A stretch of DNA of 64,000 bases from Candidatus Marsarchaeota archaeon (GTDB taxonomy: Archaea > Micrarchaeota > Micrarchaeia > Micrarchaeales > CABMGC01): contig JAMCSX010000017.1 in assembly GCA_023379055.1 (NCBI GenBank), positions 35,868-99,867 on the forward strand. The letters run 5' to 3'. The position numbers and the translations under genes are program-made. Positions within the stretch are counted from its first letter, which is position 1. Each line of letters starts with the position of its first letter. This document shows, in pieces, positions 63,411-64,000 of this stretch. A model generated the notes under the pieces. That model was not told the DNA's origin and did no database searches. It worked only from the letters and a program-made list of their open reading frames with translations.

Positions 63411-64000
63411 TTAGATTGTCTCTAAGCCGCCGTACTTGGCCTGCTGTGGCTCATCCACAAACTTGCCAACTATGCTGGAGCCCTTCACGCCGGTTACTAT
63501 TGCCACTATCTCTAACTGGCCCTCGTATCCAGGTATGATTCTAGCTCCCCACTTGACGTTTGCCTTTGGATCCATTCTCTCAGTGATTATCTCTCCTGCC
63601 TTTATTGCGTCTCCAAGGCTTAGGTCTGATGCTCCAGATATGTGAATCAGCGCTCCCTTTGCATTCTCAAAGTCCACATCAAGAAGCTTGTTCTTGAGCA
63701 CTGACTCTGCTGCAGAGGTAACCTTGTCGTTTCCTTTTCCAGTCCCAACAGATATGAATCCCACATCTCCGCTGCCCATGATTGCCCTTACATCGGCAAA
63801 GTCGATATTTATCAGGCTTGGCTGGGTTATTGTCCAGACAAGTCCGCCTATCGCCTTTGCAAGTATGTCATCAGCAACTGCAAATGCCTCGTTCATAGGG
63901 AGGTTAGGTACAAGCTTTACAAGCCTGTTGTTGTCCAGGAGGATAACACTGTCGCTGAACTTTCTCAGCCTCTGTATGCCCTCCTCTGCCTTCACCTTCC
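63411..64000 (-). CDS. ftsZ: cell division protein FtsZ (paralog 2), C-terminal part (N-terminus beyond the window end)
   Basis: The frame is open to the window edge. ...LLDNNRLVKLVPNLPMNEAFAVADDIL...INIDFADVRAIM...IHISGASDLSL... is clearly FtsZ and paralogous to the downstream gene. Confidence 0.85.
   Translation of the reverse strand, partial: KVKAEEGIQRLRKFSDSVILLDNNRLVKLVPNLPMNEAFAVADDILAKAIGGLVWTITQPSLINIDFADVRAIMGSGDVGFISVGTGKGNDKVTSAAESVLKNKLLDVDFENAKGALIHISGASDLSLGDAIKAGEIITERMDPKANVKWGARIIPGYEGQLEIVAIVTGVKGSSIVGKFVDEPQQAKYGGLETI

Overview
This is a compact, roughly 90% coding archaeal chromosomal segment. Gene content suggests a Thermoplasmata/Thermoplasmatales-like euryarchaeon (inference): archaeal ribC-ribH-ribK, class V FBP aldolase/phosphatase, type II GAPDH, aIF5A, RpoK, RFC large subunit, SMC, Hel308, two FtsZ plus SepF, and two tricorn-interacting-factor-like M1 aminopeptidases. 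I support about 70 CDS. Three were found by hand because they fall outside the ORF track: eS31/S27ae, a 42-aa YHS-domain miniprotein, and a partial membrane protein at the left edge. I also support 3 tRNAs (Thr-CGU, Glu-CUC, Thr-UGU), one TnpA-only IS200-type insertion sequence, and several small structured repeats. I saw no rRNA, no CRISPR array and no recognisable defence operon. I cannot point to one clearly delimited new multi-gene system. The best candidates for a second look are: (1) a 1.7-kb AT-rich insert next to tRNA-Thr(UGU), bracketed by a 13-bp repeat of the tRNA 3' end and carrying hairpin repeats with compensatory base changes (PATE-like / orphan IS200 end); (2) a two-gene unit pairing an internally repeated unknown protein with an EF-Tu/SelB-like protein that has lost all GTPase motifs; (3) a 99-bp perfectly identical tract shared by two otherwise diverged tandem M1 aminopeptidase genes, which looks like gene conversion; (4) a 12-bp direct repeat flanking a perfect 20-bp palindrome at the 3' end of tRNA-Glu; (5) an HKD/PLD-fold protein interrupted by a two-helix membrane hairpin; (6) a CDP-alcohol-phosphatidyltransferase/Nudix/2xGT2 operon with a non-canonical transferase motif; (7) a tyrA remnant lacking its Rossmann domain. 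All family names come from motif recognition by eye. No database search was run.
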